DNA of 58,932 nucleotides, taken from contig JBHIBS010000003.1 in the NCBI GenBank assembly GCA_046759165.1, forward strand, positions 1-58,932, written 5' to 3'. The notes below the pieces were generated by a model. It worked only from the letters and a program-made list of their open reading frames with translations, did no database searches and was not told the origin of the DNA. Positions 19,497 through 29,251 of the stretch are shown here, piece after piece. This stretch comes from a bacterium. GTDB taxonomy: Bacteria; UBA6262; WVXT01. The position numbers and the translations under genes were made by a program. How positions within the stretch are numbered: position 1 is the first letter of the stretch; every line of letters begins with the position of its first letter.

Positions 19497-21059
19497 TTAC
19501 TCCCATTCAATTGTGCTTGGTGGTTTGGAGGAAATATCATATACGACACGGTTTAACCCTTTGACTTCATTTATAATACGATTAGAAATTCTCTCCAGTA
19601 TCTCATAGGGGAGCTTCGCCCAATGAGCAGTCATTGCATCCTCACTTGTTACTGCCCTTATAGCTACCACATTCTCATATGACCTCTTATCTCCCATTAC
19701 TCCCACTGTCTTTATGGGTAAAAGAACGCAAAATGACTGCCATAATTTCCGATATAATTTTCCACGTTTTATCTCATCCATTAATATCCAGTCTGCCTCG
19801 CGCAAGATATCCAGTCTTTCTTTAGTAATAGCGCCTATAACGCGCACTGCCAGTCCCGGACCCGGAAAAGGCTGCCTGTAAATAATATCCTCGGGCAATC
19901 CTAGTTCTTTACCAACGAGCCTTACCTCGTCTTTAAATATATCTTTGAGTGGCTCGATTAACTCAAACCTTAAATGGGGTGGTAATCCTCCAACATTATG
20001 ATGGCTCTTGATAGTTGCCGAAGGTCCCCCAATTGGAGATCTTGATTCAATTACATCTGGATATAATGTGCCTTGAGCCAAAAACTTAATCTTTCCTAAC
20101 TTTTTTGCCTCTCTTTCAAAAACATCTATAAATAATCTTCCGATGGTTTTGCGTTTGGTTTCAGGATTTTTGACCCCTCTTAGGGCCCTTAAGAAAGTAT
20201 CTTGTGCATTTACAACTATTAGGTTAATCCGATAGTAATTCTTAAATCTTGTTTTAACAAGTGCTACTTCATCTTTGCGCAAAAGCCCGTTATCAATAAA
20301 GATGGCTGTTAAATTCCTTCCTATGGCTTTATGAAGTAATACTGCCAAAACAGACGAATCTACACCTCCGCTCAATCCACACAAAACTTTTTCATTGCCT
20401 ATCCTTTGTTTCAGTTCATTAATCGAATTTTTGACAAACGAATGCATACTCCAGGAAGGTCTGCAATTTGCTAAATAATAAAGAAAATTCTTCAATATCT
20501 TTTTTCCTTTTGGCGTGTGAACTACTTCGGGATGAAATTGGAGTCCGTAGAATCTTCTGGCCTTATTCTCCATTGAAGCAATAGGAGAATTCTCGGTTGA
20601 CCCGATTGTCCGAAAACCTTTGGGTAATCGCGAAATCTTATCTCCATGACTCATCCAGATAGTTTCCTTTGATGATAATCCTTTGAATAAGCTCTCTTTA
20701 GATTTCACTTGAAGAGTAACCTTTCCATATTCGCTTGCCTTGGCTTTTACAACTCTGCCCCTAAAAACTTTAGCAATAAGTTGTGCTCCGTAACAAATCC
20801 CAAGGATGGGAATACCTATATTGAATATATCTCTATCGCATATAGGGCTTTTTCTTGAAGTAACGGTGCCAGGCCCGCCTGAGAAAATAATAGCCTTTGG
20901 CACTCTTTCTAAAAGTTGGCGGGAGTCGATGTTGTAAGGGACTATTTCGGAATAAACACCGCACTCTCTTACTCTCCGCGCAATGAGATGGGTGTATTGG
21001 GAGCCGAAATCTAAAATAGCAACCCAATTTTGTTTTTTATCTTTATGTTCGAGATTCAT
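19497..21059 (-). CDS. guaA: GMP synthase (glutamine-hydrolysing)
   Basis: [49 protein letters not shown]; likely start ATG 21059. Confidence 0.97.
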   Translation of the reverse strand: MNLEHKDKKQNWVAILDFGSQYTHLIARRVRECGVYSEIVPYNIDSRQLLERVPKAIIFSGGPGTVTSRKSPICDRDIFNIGIPILGICYGAQLIAKVFRGRVVKAKASEYGKVTLQVKSKESLFKGLSSKETIWMSHGDKISRLPKGFRTIGSTENSPIASMENKARRFYGLQFHPEVVHTPKGKKILKNFLYYLANCRPSWSMHSFVKNSINELKQRIGNEKVLCGLSGGVDSSVLAVLLHKAIGRNLTAIFIDNGLLRKDEVALVKTRFKNYYRINLIVVNAQDTFLRALRGVKNPETKRKTIGRLFIDVFEREAKKLGKIKFLAQGTLYPDVIESRSPIGGPSATIKSHHNVGGLPPHLRFELIEPLKDIFKDEVRLVGKELGLPEDIIYRQPFPGPGLAVRVIGAITKERLDILREADWILMDEIKRGKLYRKLWQSFCVLLPIKTVGVMGDKRSYENVVAIRAVTSEDAMTAHWAKLPYEILERISNRIINEVKGLNRVVYDISSKPPSTIEWE

Positions 21060-22707
21060 CTTCTGTTTCATAAGTGGAGTAATAATAAGGAGTATAGGCC
21101 TCAAATTCTGCGCCACATGTATCAACAAGTTTAAAAGTAGGCAAAATGCCTCTTTCTTTGCGCAATTTATAAATTAAACTTTCATCCATTCCAAAAAGTT
21201 TGGACAATTGTTTATCAGAAAAACCATATTCCTTGGCCTTGTAGATAAGGTATGTAGGAATTTTAGATTTACTTCTCCCTTTATAGGAGTTGAGCTCTTT
21301 TTCCAGGTCTACAATCTCTTTTATATTATACAAAAACCATCTGTCAATCTTACTCAACTCATACACCTCATCTATATTCATACCTTTCTTTAACGCGTAT
21401 TTTATATAAAATACCCTCTCTGCATTGGGCACCCTTAATTTCTCTTCCAGTCTTTCATCTGAAACCCCATCTTTTAAATCCTCCAATCCAAAAATCCCTA
21501 TTTCTAAAGAGCGCAGCCCTTTTTGCAGTGCTTCTTTAAACGTTCGGCCAATAGCCATCACCTCACCTACAGATTTCATAGAGACGGTTAATGAAGGGTC
21601 TGCTTCAGGAAATTTCTCAAATGTAAAGCGAGGAATCTTCACTACACAATAATCAATAGTTGGCTCAAAACAAGCCTGGGTCTCTTTGGTGATGTCATTT
21701 GGGATTTCCTCTAATGTGTAACCAATGGCTAATTTTGCCGCGATCTTTGCAATAGGAAAACCTGTAGCTTTAGAAGCTAAAGCCGAACTTCTTGATACCC
21801 TAGGATTCATCTCAATAATAACCATTTTACCATTTTCAGCATTTATGGCAAACTGAATATTTGACCCTCCTGTCTCAACACCTATCTCTCTAATGCAGGC
21901 AATTGCTGCATCGCGCATTTTTTGATATTCTTTATCGGTCAATGTTTGCGCTGGAGCAACAGTAATTGAATCTCCTGTATGAATTCCCATAGGATCAAAA
22001 TTTTCTATTGAACATATAATGACGACGTTATCCTTTAAGTCTCTCATTACCTCTAATTCAAACTCCTTCCAGCCAATAAGAGACTCCTCAATTAATATCT
22101 CGCTAATCATACTTGACTCAAGGCCCCTTTCAGCCACCTCTTTAAATTCTTCTCTATTGTATGCTACACCTCCCCCTGTCCCACCTAAAGTAAAACTTGG
22201 ACGAACGATCACAGGAAAACCTACACTCTCAACTACATCAAGAGCCTCTTTTATGTCGTAAGCCTTTCCGCTTTTGGGCAAATCCAATCCAATCTTTTGC
22301 ATTGCCTCCTTAAATAGTTCTCTGTCCTCTGCTTTTTTGATTGCCTCGACATCTGCCCCAATTATCTCTACTTTATATTTACTTAAAATACCTCTTTTTG
22401 CTACGGCTACAGTAACATTTAACGCGGTTTGACCACCTAATGTTGGCAAAATAGCATCGGGTCTTTCTCTTTCAATTACTTTTTCAACCACTTCTGGGGT
22501 AATCGGTTCAATATAAGTTCTATCAGCCATCACCGGATCAGTCATAATAGTAGCAGGATTGCTATTCAGCAAAATCACCTTAAACCCTTCGGTTTTTAAA
22601 ACCTTACAAGCTTGCGTGCCTGAATAGTCAAATTCACAGGCCTGGCTAATAATTATAGGACCCGAGCCAATAATGAGAATTTTGTTAATATCAGTTCTCT
22701 TAGGCAC
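21043..22707 (-). CDS. carB: Carbamoyl-phosphate synthase large subunit, N-terminal half only
   Basis: [42 protein letters not shown]; ends at [19 protein letters not shown] after 554 aa. Confidence 0.92.
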   Translation of the reverse strand: MPKRTDINKILIIGSGPIIISQACEFDYSGTQACKVLKTEGFKVILLNSNPATIMTDPVMADRTYIEPITPEVVEKVIERERPDAILPTLGGQTALNVTVAVAKRGILSKYKVEIIGADVEAIKKAEDRELFKEAMQKIGLDLPKSGKAYDIKEALDVVESVGFPVIVRPSFTLGGTGGGVAYNREEFKEVAERGLESSMISEILIEESLIGWKEFELEVMRDLKDNVVIICSIENFDPMGIHTGDSITVAPAQTLTDKEYQKMRDAAIACIREIGVETGGSNIQFAINAENGKMVIIEMNPRVSRSSALASKATGFPIAKIAAKLAIGYTLEEIPNDITKETQACFEPTIDYCVVKIPRFTFEKFPEADPSLTVSMKSVGEVMAIGRTFKEALQKGLRSLEIGIFGLEDLKDGVSDERLEEKLRVPNAERVFYIKYALKKGMNIDEVYELSKIDRWFLYNIKEIVDLEKELNSYKGRSKSKIPTYLIYKAKEYGFSDKQLSKLFGMDESLIYKLRKERGILPTFKLVDTCGAEFEAYTPYYYSTYETEDESRT

Positions 22708-23815
22708 GATTTAGCTCCATCATCTTAACAAATTCATCGAACAAGTATTGTGCATCATGAGGTCCGGGAGATGCTTCAGGATGAAATTGCACTGAAAATA
22801 TAGGAAGTTTTTTATGCTTGATTCCTTCTAAGGTGTTGTCATTGAGGTTAATATGGGTTATCTCGATATCTTCCTTATTCAAAGAATCCATATCCACACA
22901 GAATCCATGATTTTGTACAGTTATATAAACCTTACCTGTGTTCAAGTCCTTGACAGGATGGTTTGCTCCATGATGACCAAATTTAAGCTTGTAAGTCTTT
23001 CCGTCCAGGGCCAATCCCAACATCTGGTGCCCTAAACAGATGCCGAAAACTGGTAATTTGCCGATTAATTTTTTAACAGTTTCAACTACATAAGGAACGC
23101 CTGCCGGGTCTCCTGGGCCATTGGAAAGTAATATGCCATCTGGTTCCATCGTTAGAATTTGCTCGGCTTCTGTCTTTGCTGGGACAATAATCACCTGGCA
23201 CTCATTATTGACTAATTCCCTCAAAATATTAAACTTAACTCCGCAATCTACAACTACTACTTTGTACTTGCCTCGTTCATTCCAATTTTGGACTCTATCA
23301 GCTGTAACTTCCTTAACCAAATCCCTGCCAATCAGCCCAGGTGAAGACTTAGCCTTTTCAATTAAGCTTTTTTCATCTAAATTCTCAGTGGAAATAACAG
23401 CCTTCATCGCGCCTTGTAATCTAATATGTCGGGTAAGTGCGCGTGTATCTATACCCTCTATCCCTATTATACCATTTTCTTTAAGGTATTCGTCTAGGCT
23501 TTTTTGTGAGCGCCAATTACTGGCAATGCGGCTACATTCCTTAACCACAAAACCTTCCACAAATGGCTTTCTTGACTCAACATCTTCGGAATTTATACCA
23601 TAGTTACCGATGAGTGGATAGGTCATGGTGACGATCTGACCTTTATAGGAAGGATCGGTGAGGACTTCTTGATAACCAGTCATGCTGGTACTAAAGACTA
23701 CTTCACCGAATCTGGTTCCACTTGCACCGAAGGAGAAACCTTCAAAGGCTCTGCCATCTTCAAGAGCAATCCTTGCCTTCCTTTGTTTATTCCCATAGCC
23801 TTGGTTCTTCATCAA
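22700..23815 (-). CDS. carA: Carbamoyl-phosphate synthase small subunit
   Basis: [41 protein letters not shown]. Confidence 0.97.
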   Translation of the reverse strand: MMKNQGYGNKQRKARIALEDGRAFEGFSFGASGTRFGEVVFSTSMTGYQEVLTDPSYKGQIVTMTYPLIGNYGINSEDVESRKPFVEGFVVKECSRIASNWRSQKSLDEYLKENGIIGIEGIDTRALTRHIRLQGAMKAVISTENLDEKSLIEKAKSSPGLIGRDLVKEVTADRVQNWNERGKYKVVVVDCGVKFNILRELVNNECQVIIVPAKTEAEQILTMEPDGILLSNGPGDPAGVPYVVETVKKLIGKLPVFGICLGHQMLGLALDGKTYKLKFGHHGANHPVKDLNTGKVYITVQNHGFCVDMDSLNKEDIEITHINLNDNTLEGIKHKKLPIFSVQFHPEASPGPHDAQYLFDEFVKMMELNRA

Positions 23816-23818
23816 ATT

Positions 23819-25384
23819 TTAACCCAGGATTTGGTCCACTTTTTCCTTATCGTAATCCATTACATAGGCAATGCCAGAGATTTCTGAAGCTGACCTGGTT
23901 ATAGCAAAGATATCATCTCGGTTGATATACTTTAGAGCGAATTTTCTTTCGCCAGCCATAAGCTGTCTTAGACCTGTTGCTAATCGATCGTAGTAGGTAT
24001 ACATCCCAATAGCACCTGTGGGGATATCTTTGAAGTCCTTTCCATATTTTCCCTTTAACGTTTCAGCCGCAACGAAAATCTGTTCTATTGTATGCCCATA
24101 TTTCTTATATTCAGCAGGCACCTTACCTTCTTTTATAAGGTTACCCACTGTCTTGGCGGCCATCGCCGCAGCAAACGTTGCTCTACCCATACATATAGCC
24201 TTCACATAAGGTGCAGCCAATGCTATAGCCTTGAAAATGTGGTCTTCTAACGCAAGGCCTCCAGCTATTGCTACTGGCGGAATATATTTACCCTGCTCGT
24301 CTATTCTCTTTAACATTTGATAGAGAAGGCATTCTAACTCAACGGTGGGGATGCCCCACTCGTTCATCATTCTCCAGGGACTCATCCCAGTTCCTCCACC
24401 TGCTCCATCTACTGTAATCAGATCAATTTTAGCATTGGAAGCATACTTGACCGCTCTAGCCAAATCGACTGGTCGATAAGCACCTGTTTTTAGGGTTACA
24501 TATTTAAATCCGAGCTTTCTTAAGCGCTCCACTTCTTTGTAAAACGCTTCTTCTTCAACCATGCCAAGTCTTGAATGTCTTTCAAATTCTTTAATAGCCC
24601 CCTCTTTGTAGGCCTTCTTTGTCACAGGGTCTTCTGGGTCAGGATAGACGATATAACCCCTCTTCTTAAGTTCAAGGGCTCTTTCTATCGATGGCAATTT
24701 AACTTCTCCTCCTATATCTTTAGCTCCTTGACCCCACTTAGGCTCAATAGCCTCCACGCCAAGCTCCAGGACATATTCGGGAACACCAAGCCTTCCATCT
24801 TCAACATTATATTGAACTACTATCGTTCCATTTCCTGTATGCCATTTCCTGTAACTCTTGATTCTGCGTTCCATTTCTGCCGATTTTACTATCCTTCCGT
24901 TCTTAATCTCAGCTCGGTGATCCATCCCACAGACATTCTCTCCTACAACCACTATTGTTCCACATATAGCTGCGCCTACAGCGTTCTCTTCCCAATTGAT
25001 CCTCGCTATCTCAGTTGAGCCTAGAGCACCTGTAAAGAATGGCACATCTAACCTAAGCTTATTTTCCCCTCCCACTTCTGTGGCCACATTAACATTGGGA
25101 AATGTAGCTTTATCCGGATCCGCTTCTACACCAACTGCACCAACACATGTCCCGTGAATATTGAAATGAGAAAAATCTATTGGGTAATCCTTTTCACAAC
25201 CAGCAACAATCTTTCCAAAAGGCTGAGGGTAAATAAGTTCTCTTCCTCTAATACCTGATTTTGCAACCTCACAAAAGCCTACGCAACCATCAAGACATGT
25301 AACACAGAGTCCAGAAATTGGCGCTGGATTTACCCTATTTCTGGTATTTGTTGCAGGACTTGCATTTGGTTTACTAAAAGACAT
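23819..25384 (-). CDS. FMN-binding glutamate synthase family protein (stand-alone)
   Basis: N-terminal CVTCLDGC..FC cluster, KWGQGAKDIGGE, TVDGAGGGTGMSP, IAGGL; AGGAGG RBS. Confidence 0.85.
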   Translation of the reverse strand: MSFSKPNASPATNTRNRVNPAPISGLCVTCLDGCVGFCEVAKSGIRGRELIYPQPFGKIVAGCEKDYPIDFSHFNIHGTCVGAVGVEADPDKATFPNVNVATEVGGENKLRLDVPFFTGALGSTEIARINWEENAVGAAICGTIVVVGENVCGMDHRAEIKNGRIVKSAEMERRIKSYRKWHTGNGTIVVQYNVEDGRLGVPEYVLELGVEAIEPKWGQGAKDIGGEVKLPSIERALELKKRGYIVYPDPEDPVTKKAYKEGAIKEFERHSRLGMVEEEAFYKEVERLRKLGFKYVTLKTGAYRPVDLARAVKYASNAKIDLITVDGAGGGTGMSPWRMMNEWGIPTVELECLLYQMLKRIDEQGKYIPPVAIAGGLALEDHIFKAIALAAPYVKAICMGRATFAAAMAAKTVGNLIKEGKVPAEYKKYGHTIEQIFVAAETLKGKYGKDFKDIPTGAIGMYTYYDRLATGLRQLMAGERKFALKYINRDDIFAITRSASEISGIAYVMDYDKEKVDQILG

Positions 25385-25519
25385 TTTTTACCTCCTTTCT
25401 GCACATTAGTTTTTTCTTCATATTCACTTTCATGTCCGCCGCTAAAATAATTGCTTCGGGCACTTTGCGCATGGTCCTACGGTAATTCACAATATCTTTG
25501 AATCCGGAGTCAACGGAAG

Positions 25520-25674
25520 AATAAAAAAGCGTTCTTTTGCCAAAACGTATGACATTGAACGCCATTGTTCTAAAAAACGTACTTCTCTTAGCAAACTTTG
25601 TTACTAAAAGGACGTCTTTATCCAGTTCTTCTAACGAACACCTTTGTCCATTTTTCAAGCACTATCCTTGTGCT
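25520..25674 (-). promoter_or_regulatory. Four-hairpin, two-terminator ANTAR-type leader
   Basis: GCAC-AAGGAUA-GUGC (25659-25673), GGAC-AAAGGU-GUUC (25636-25649), GGAU-AAAGAC-GUCC (25610-25623) then imperfect stem plus U6, GAAC-AAUGGC-GUUC (25557-25570) overlapping GCGUUC...GAACGC-U6. Confidence 0.85.
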
Positions 25675-25690
25675 CTATTTTACAAAACAA

Positions 25691-25719
25691 ATCCTATCAC
25701 AAGGCCTTAGACATGTCAA
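25691..25719 (-). promoter_or_regulatory. Sigma70-type promoter
   Basis: TTGACA-17-TAGGAT with TGn. Confidence 0.7.
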
Positions 25720-25732
25720 GCTTTTTTTCGCC

Positions 25733-26419
25733 TCAGCTCATTTTTCTTCGTCCCCTGCAAACTTTAACGCAGATTCCACAAATATGATGCCCTATGTTAC
25801 AAGTCTTTCTAAATTCATCTAATTTCCTGTAACAGGCAAGCCAATCAAAATCTTCAAGCTTCTCTTTGATAGCTCCTGCTGGGCAGACTCCCAAGCAGTC
25901 CTCGCAGTCATCACACCCATTTTCTATCGGTTTGTCACAGGGAAGAGGAAAATCGGTTAAAACAGTAACCAGTCTAATCCGAGAACCGAAATCTGGATTA
26001 ACCAATAGATTGTTTCTACCAATCCAGCCCAGGCCCGCCTGTTGTGACACCTCCTTATGTGAAAGATGGCCTCTCTGCTTCTCCCAATCAATGGTCTGGG
26101 AAGACGGTATTGGCAAAGCATTCCCGCCCCTATTTTGAATAAATTGCGTGACTCCCAGAGCCACACGGTCCAAAAAATAATTCACTTGGCGGTAATGGTA
26201 ATAGTAGAGTTTAGTTGGTCTATCCTCAATACTCTCAATTATCTTCTCAGACAACCTCACTGCTAAAGAAATACCCTTATTCAATCCTTTAATGACTCCG
26301 GGAGATAAATTTAAAAATTCACCTTTCAACTTGGGAAGGTCAGCAACTCCAAATAACGAAGCTCCCGATTCCAAGGCAAACTCTTTTAGTTTAGAATAGT
26401 TTTCTCTCTCCTGATCCAT
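25733..26419 (-). CDS. Epoxyqueuosine reductase (QueG)-like 4Fe-4S protein
   Basis: AGLGWIGRNNLLV..FGSRIRLVTVLTD, CDDCEDCLGVCP, CGICVKVC. Confidence 0.75.
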   Translation of the reverse strand: MDQERENYSKLKEFALESGASLFGVADLPKLKGEFLNLSPGVIKGLNKGISLAVRLSEKIIESIEDRPTKLYYYHYRQVNYFLDRVALGVTQFIQNRGGNALPIPSSQTIDWEKQRGHLSHKEVSQQAGLGWIGRNNLLVNPDFGSRIRLVTVLTDFPLPCDKPIENGCDDCEDCLGVCPAGAIKEKLEDFDWLACYRKLDEFRKTCNIGHHICGICVKVCRGRRKMS

Positions 26420-26432
26420 ATTTCACATCCTT

Positions 26433-28313
26433 TTAACTTCCCATCCTCTTCATGTGAACCATTAAGATAGCAATAGCAGCTGGAGTAACTCCTGAAATGC
26501 GTGAAGCCTGACCTAAAGAGCCTGGTCTTATCTTAGACAATTTTTCTCTCACCTCGTTCGATAAACCAACAATTTCCTCATAATTAATTCCCGCAGGAAT
26601 TTTTCTATTCTCCAGTTTCTTAAACTTTTCTATCTCTTGCTTTTGGTGTTTGATATATCCTTCATATTTAATTTGGATTTCCACCTGCTCGGCTACCTCC
26701 AATGGAACCTCACCACTTTTCTTATCAAAAAGTTTCAAATCAGAGTGAGAAATTTCAGGTCTCCTCAATAGTTCAGCTAAACTGATTGGACTTCTCAGAG
26801 TTACCCATCCCGATTCGGAAAATTTCTTATTTGTCCTGGAATTGGGAAAAATCTTGACCTCTTTTAATCGAGCCAGCTCTTTTTCAATAGCTCTCTTTTT
26901 AGCTTCGACCTCTTGGTATCTCGCTTCTCCAGCCAGCCCGATGCTATATGCCTTCTCGGTTAGTCTCAAGTCGGCATTATCTTCTCTCAAAATTAGTCGG
27001 TACTCAGCTCGGGAAGTGAACATACGATAAGGTTCCTTAGTTCCCTTAGTTACTAGATCATCAATCAAAACACCAATATAACCTTCCGAACGGTCGAGGA
27101 TAAATGGTGTCTTATTCTGTATTTTCAGGGCAGCGTTAATTCCACCAATTAATCCTTGTGCTGCTGCCTCTTCATAACCAGTGGTCCCATTAATTTGGCC
27201 GCAGAAGTAGAGATTGTCAATTGATTTGGTCTCCAGTGTTGGTCTTAGCTGTGTGGGTTCGACATAATCATGCTCAATACCATACCCAGGTCGCATTATC
27301 TCTATACCTTCCAAACCCTCGATAGTTCGCAACATCCTGAACTGGATATCTATAGGCAAACTGGTCGCTAAGCCATTGGGATAAAATTCGGATGTATTAA
27401 GACCTTCTGGTTCCAAAAAAATCTGATGTCGTTCTCTTTCCGGGAATTTCATTACCTTATCTTCAATGGAGGGACAGTAGCGTACCCCTGTCCCTTTAAT
27501 AACACCCGTATAAAGAGGGGAACGGTTCAGACCTTCTCTGATTAGCTGGTGCGTTTTAGGATTCGTGTAAGTAATATAACAGGGTAGTTGAGGCTGAGTT
27601 ACCTTTTTAGTAGTAAAAGAGAAAGGAACGGGAACTTCATCGCCTTTTTGTGATTTAAGTTTAGAAAAATCGATAGTTTTCCCATCCAGGCGAGGACAGG
27701 TTCCAGTCTTGAATCTGCCTATTTGAAAACCGAGTTCCTTCAGATTCTGAGAAAGTTTTACTGCCGGGAAGTCACCCATCCTGCCAGCCGGGAAATTCAT
27801 CAAACCAATATGAATTAATCCATTTAAGAAAGTTCCGGGAGTAATAATCACCGCTTGTGCATAAAACTTCTCACCAATGCTTGTTTTTACTCCCACTACA
27901 GCGCTTTCCTCTACCAGAATTTCTTCAACCAAGGCTTGCTTTAATTCCAAATTTTCCTGCCTCTCTAAGACCTCTTTCATCCCCAGCCGGTAGGCTTGCC
28001 TATCTACCTGTGCTCGTGAGCCGCGGACAGCTGGACCTTTCGCCATGTTCAATCGTCGAAATTGAATAGCTGTTGCATCCGTATTCTTGCCCATCTCTCC
28101 ACCTAAGGCATCGATCTCTTTAACCAACTGACCCTTCGCTAAACCACCAACTGCCGGGTTACAAGACATAAAGGCAATAGTATCCAAATTCATACTCAAA
28201 AGCAGAGTTCGGCAACCAAGCCGAGATGCCGCAAGAGCAGCCTCACAGCCAGCGTGGCCGCCGCCCACTACAATAACCTTATATTCTCTATCTCTAGGTT
28301 CCAACCCTGCCAT
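26433..28313 (-). CDS. mnmG: tRNA uridine-5-carboxymethylaminomethyl synthesis enzyme
   Basis: VVGGGHAGCEAA, MSCNPAVGG, RYCPSIEDK, GQINGTTGYEEAAAQG, EPYRMFTSRAEYRL. Confidence 0.97.
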   Translation of the reverse strand: MAGLEPRDREYKVIVVGGGHAGCEAALAASRLGCRTLLLSMNLDTIAFMSCNPAVGGLAKGQLVKEIDALGGEMGKNTDATAIQFRRLNMAKGPAVRGSRAQVDRQAYRLGMKEVLERQENLELKQALVEEILVEESAVVGVKTSIGEKFYAQAVIITPGTFLNGLIHIGLMNFPAGRMGDFPAVKLSQNLKELGFQIGRFKTGTCPRLDGKTIDFSKLKSQKGDEVPVPFSFTTKKVTQPQLPCYITYTNPKTHQLIREGLNRSPLYTGVIKGTGVRYCPSIEDKVMKFPERERHQIFLEPEGLNTSEFYPNGLATSLPIDIQFRMLRTIEGLEGIEIMRPGYGIEHDYVEPTQLRPTLETKSIDNLYFCGQINGTTGYEEAAAQGLIGGINAALKIQNKTPFILDRSEGYIGVLIDDLVTKGTKEPYRMFTSRAEYRLILREDNADLRLTEKAYSIGLAGEARYQEVEAKKRAIEKELARLKEVKIFPNSRTNKKFSESGWVTLRSPISLAELLRRPEISHSDLKLFDKKSGEVPLEVAEQVEIQIKYEGYIKHQKQEIEKFKKLENRKIPAGINYEEIVGLSNEVREKLSKIRPGSLGQASRISGVTPAAIAILMVHMKRMGS

Positions 28314-28349
28314 AAACTATCTTCGCTCCGCAATTCCAATCCTACTTCC

Positions 28350-28422
28350 AAAAAAATGTCTTCTGCCCAAATCATCAGAGCAAAAGACATCAACGTCCTT
28401 CATTAGAACATTTCAATATGCT
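28350..28422 (-). promoter_or_regulatory. ANTAR-type dual-hairpin leader with terminator upstream of mnmG
   Basis: AGCAU-AUUGAA-AUGUU (28407-28422), AAGGAC-GUUGAU-GUCUUU (28383-28400) overlapping terminator AUGUCUUUUGCUC/GGGCAGAAGACAU plus U tract. Confidence 0.8.
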
Positions 28423-28431
28423 TTTTGTTGT

Positions 28432-28460
28432 AGGGTACTGAATTCTTTTTGTTTTATCAA
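28432..28460 (-). promoter_or_regulatory. Sigma70-type promoter candidate
   Basis: TTGATA-17-TACCCT just upstream of the first hairpin. Confidence 0.4.
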
Positions 28461-28471
28461 GCAATTTTTTA

Positions 28472-29251
28472 TTATTTTCTTATCTCCTTGCTTAAAATTA
28501 TAGCCTCTGCAATCTCCCGCATGGGCTTGCGAGTGTCCATACTTTGCTTCTGTATTCTTCGGAAAGCCTCTTCCCCAGATATCGCCAGCTCGTCCATTAA
28601 TATATCCTTTGCCCTCTCTACGAGTTTGCGAGTTTCAAGCTCTTCTTGAATAACTTTAGACCTCACCATAAGTTCCATATTCTCAATAGCAACTGCAGCC
28701 TGATTGGCTACTGTGGTAAGCATATCTATTTCCGATTTGGTAAATCGGCGAGGTGAGGAGGTATAGCAATTAATAACTCCAATCACCCTTCCCCTCACAT
28801 TTAGGGGAACGCTCAAGAGAGAACATAACTTCTCTTTTTTTGCTATCTCCATATTTATATAGCGAGCATCCTTTTTTACGTCCAGAACCCTAATGGCTCT
28901 ATTCTCCCTAGCAACCCTTCCCGCGATACCTTCTCCCAATTTCAGATTCGGTTTCCTGTTATACTCCTCACTGATCGACTGAGTCGCTCGAACAATTAGC
29001 TCCTTCTTATCCTCATGCAATAGCATTAAGGAGCATATTTTAGAACCCATTACCTCAGCTGTCACAGTTACAATCAATTTCAAAATATTTTCCAAGTAAA
29101 GTTCAGAAGAGATTGCCTTGCTTATTCTGGAAAGCGCTTCTATCTGCTTGCTGTAAGATCTATCTCTTCTTTTCGATTTTCGCGAAGGCTTTTTAGCTAC
29201 TGTTTTCAAGTTATTAATCCTCCTTGATGACAACATCTTCACCCAATTCAT
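28472..29251 (-). CDS. GAF-ANTAR RNA-binding regulator
   Basis: Single GAF closely similar to GAF2 of 9121-10329; ANTAR RKLVERAKDILM...EEAFRRIQKQSMDTRKPMREIAEAII. Confidence 0.92.
   Translation of the reverse strand: MNWVKMLSSRRINNLKTVAKKPSRKSKRRDRSYSKQIEALSRISKAISSELYLENILKLIVTVTAEVMGSKICSLMLLHEDKKELIVRATQSISEEYNRKPNLKLGEGIAGRVARENRAIRVLDVKKDARYINMEIAKKEKLCSLLSVPLNVRGRVIGVINCYTSSPRRFTKSEIDMLTTVANQAAVAIENMELMVRSKVIQEELETRKLVERAKDILMDELAISGEEAFRRIQKQSMDTRKPMREIAEAIILSKEIRK

Noticed and set aside
25374-25658. 94-aa ORF upstream of the FMN glutamate synthase gene
   Set aside because: Coincides with four hairpins and two terminators; no recognisable protein features
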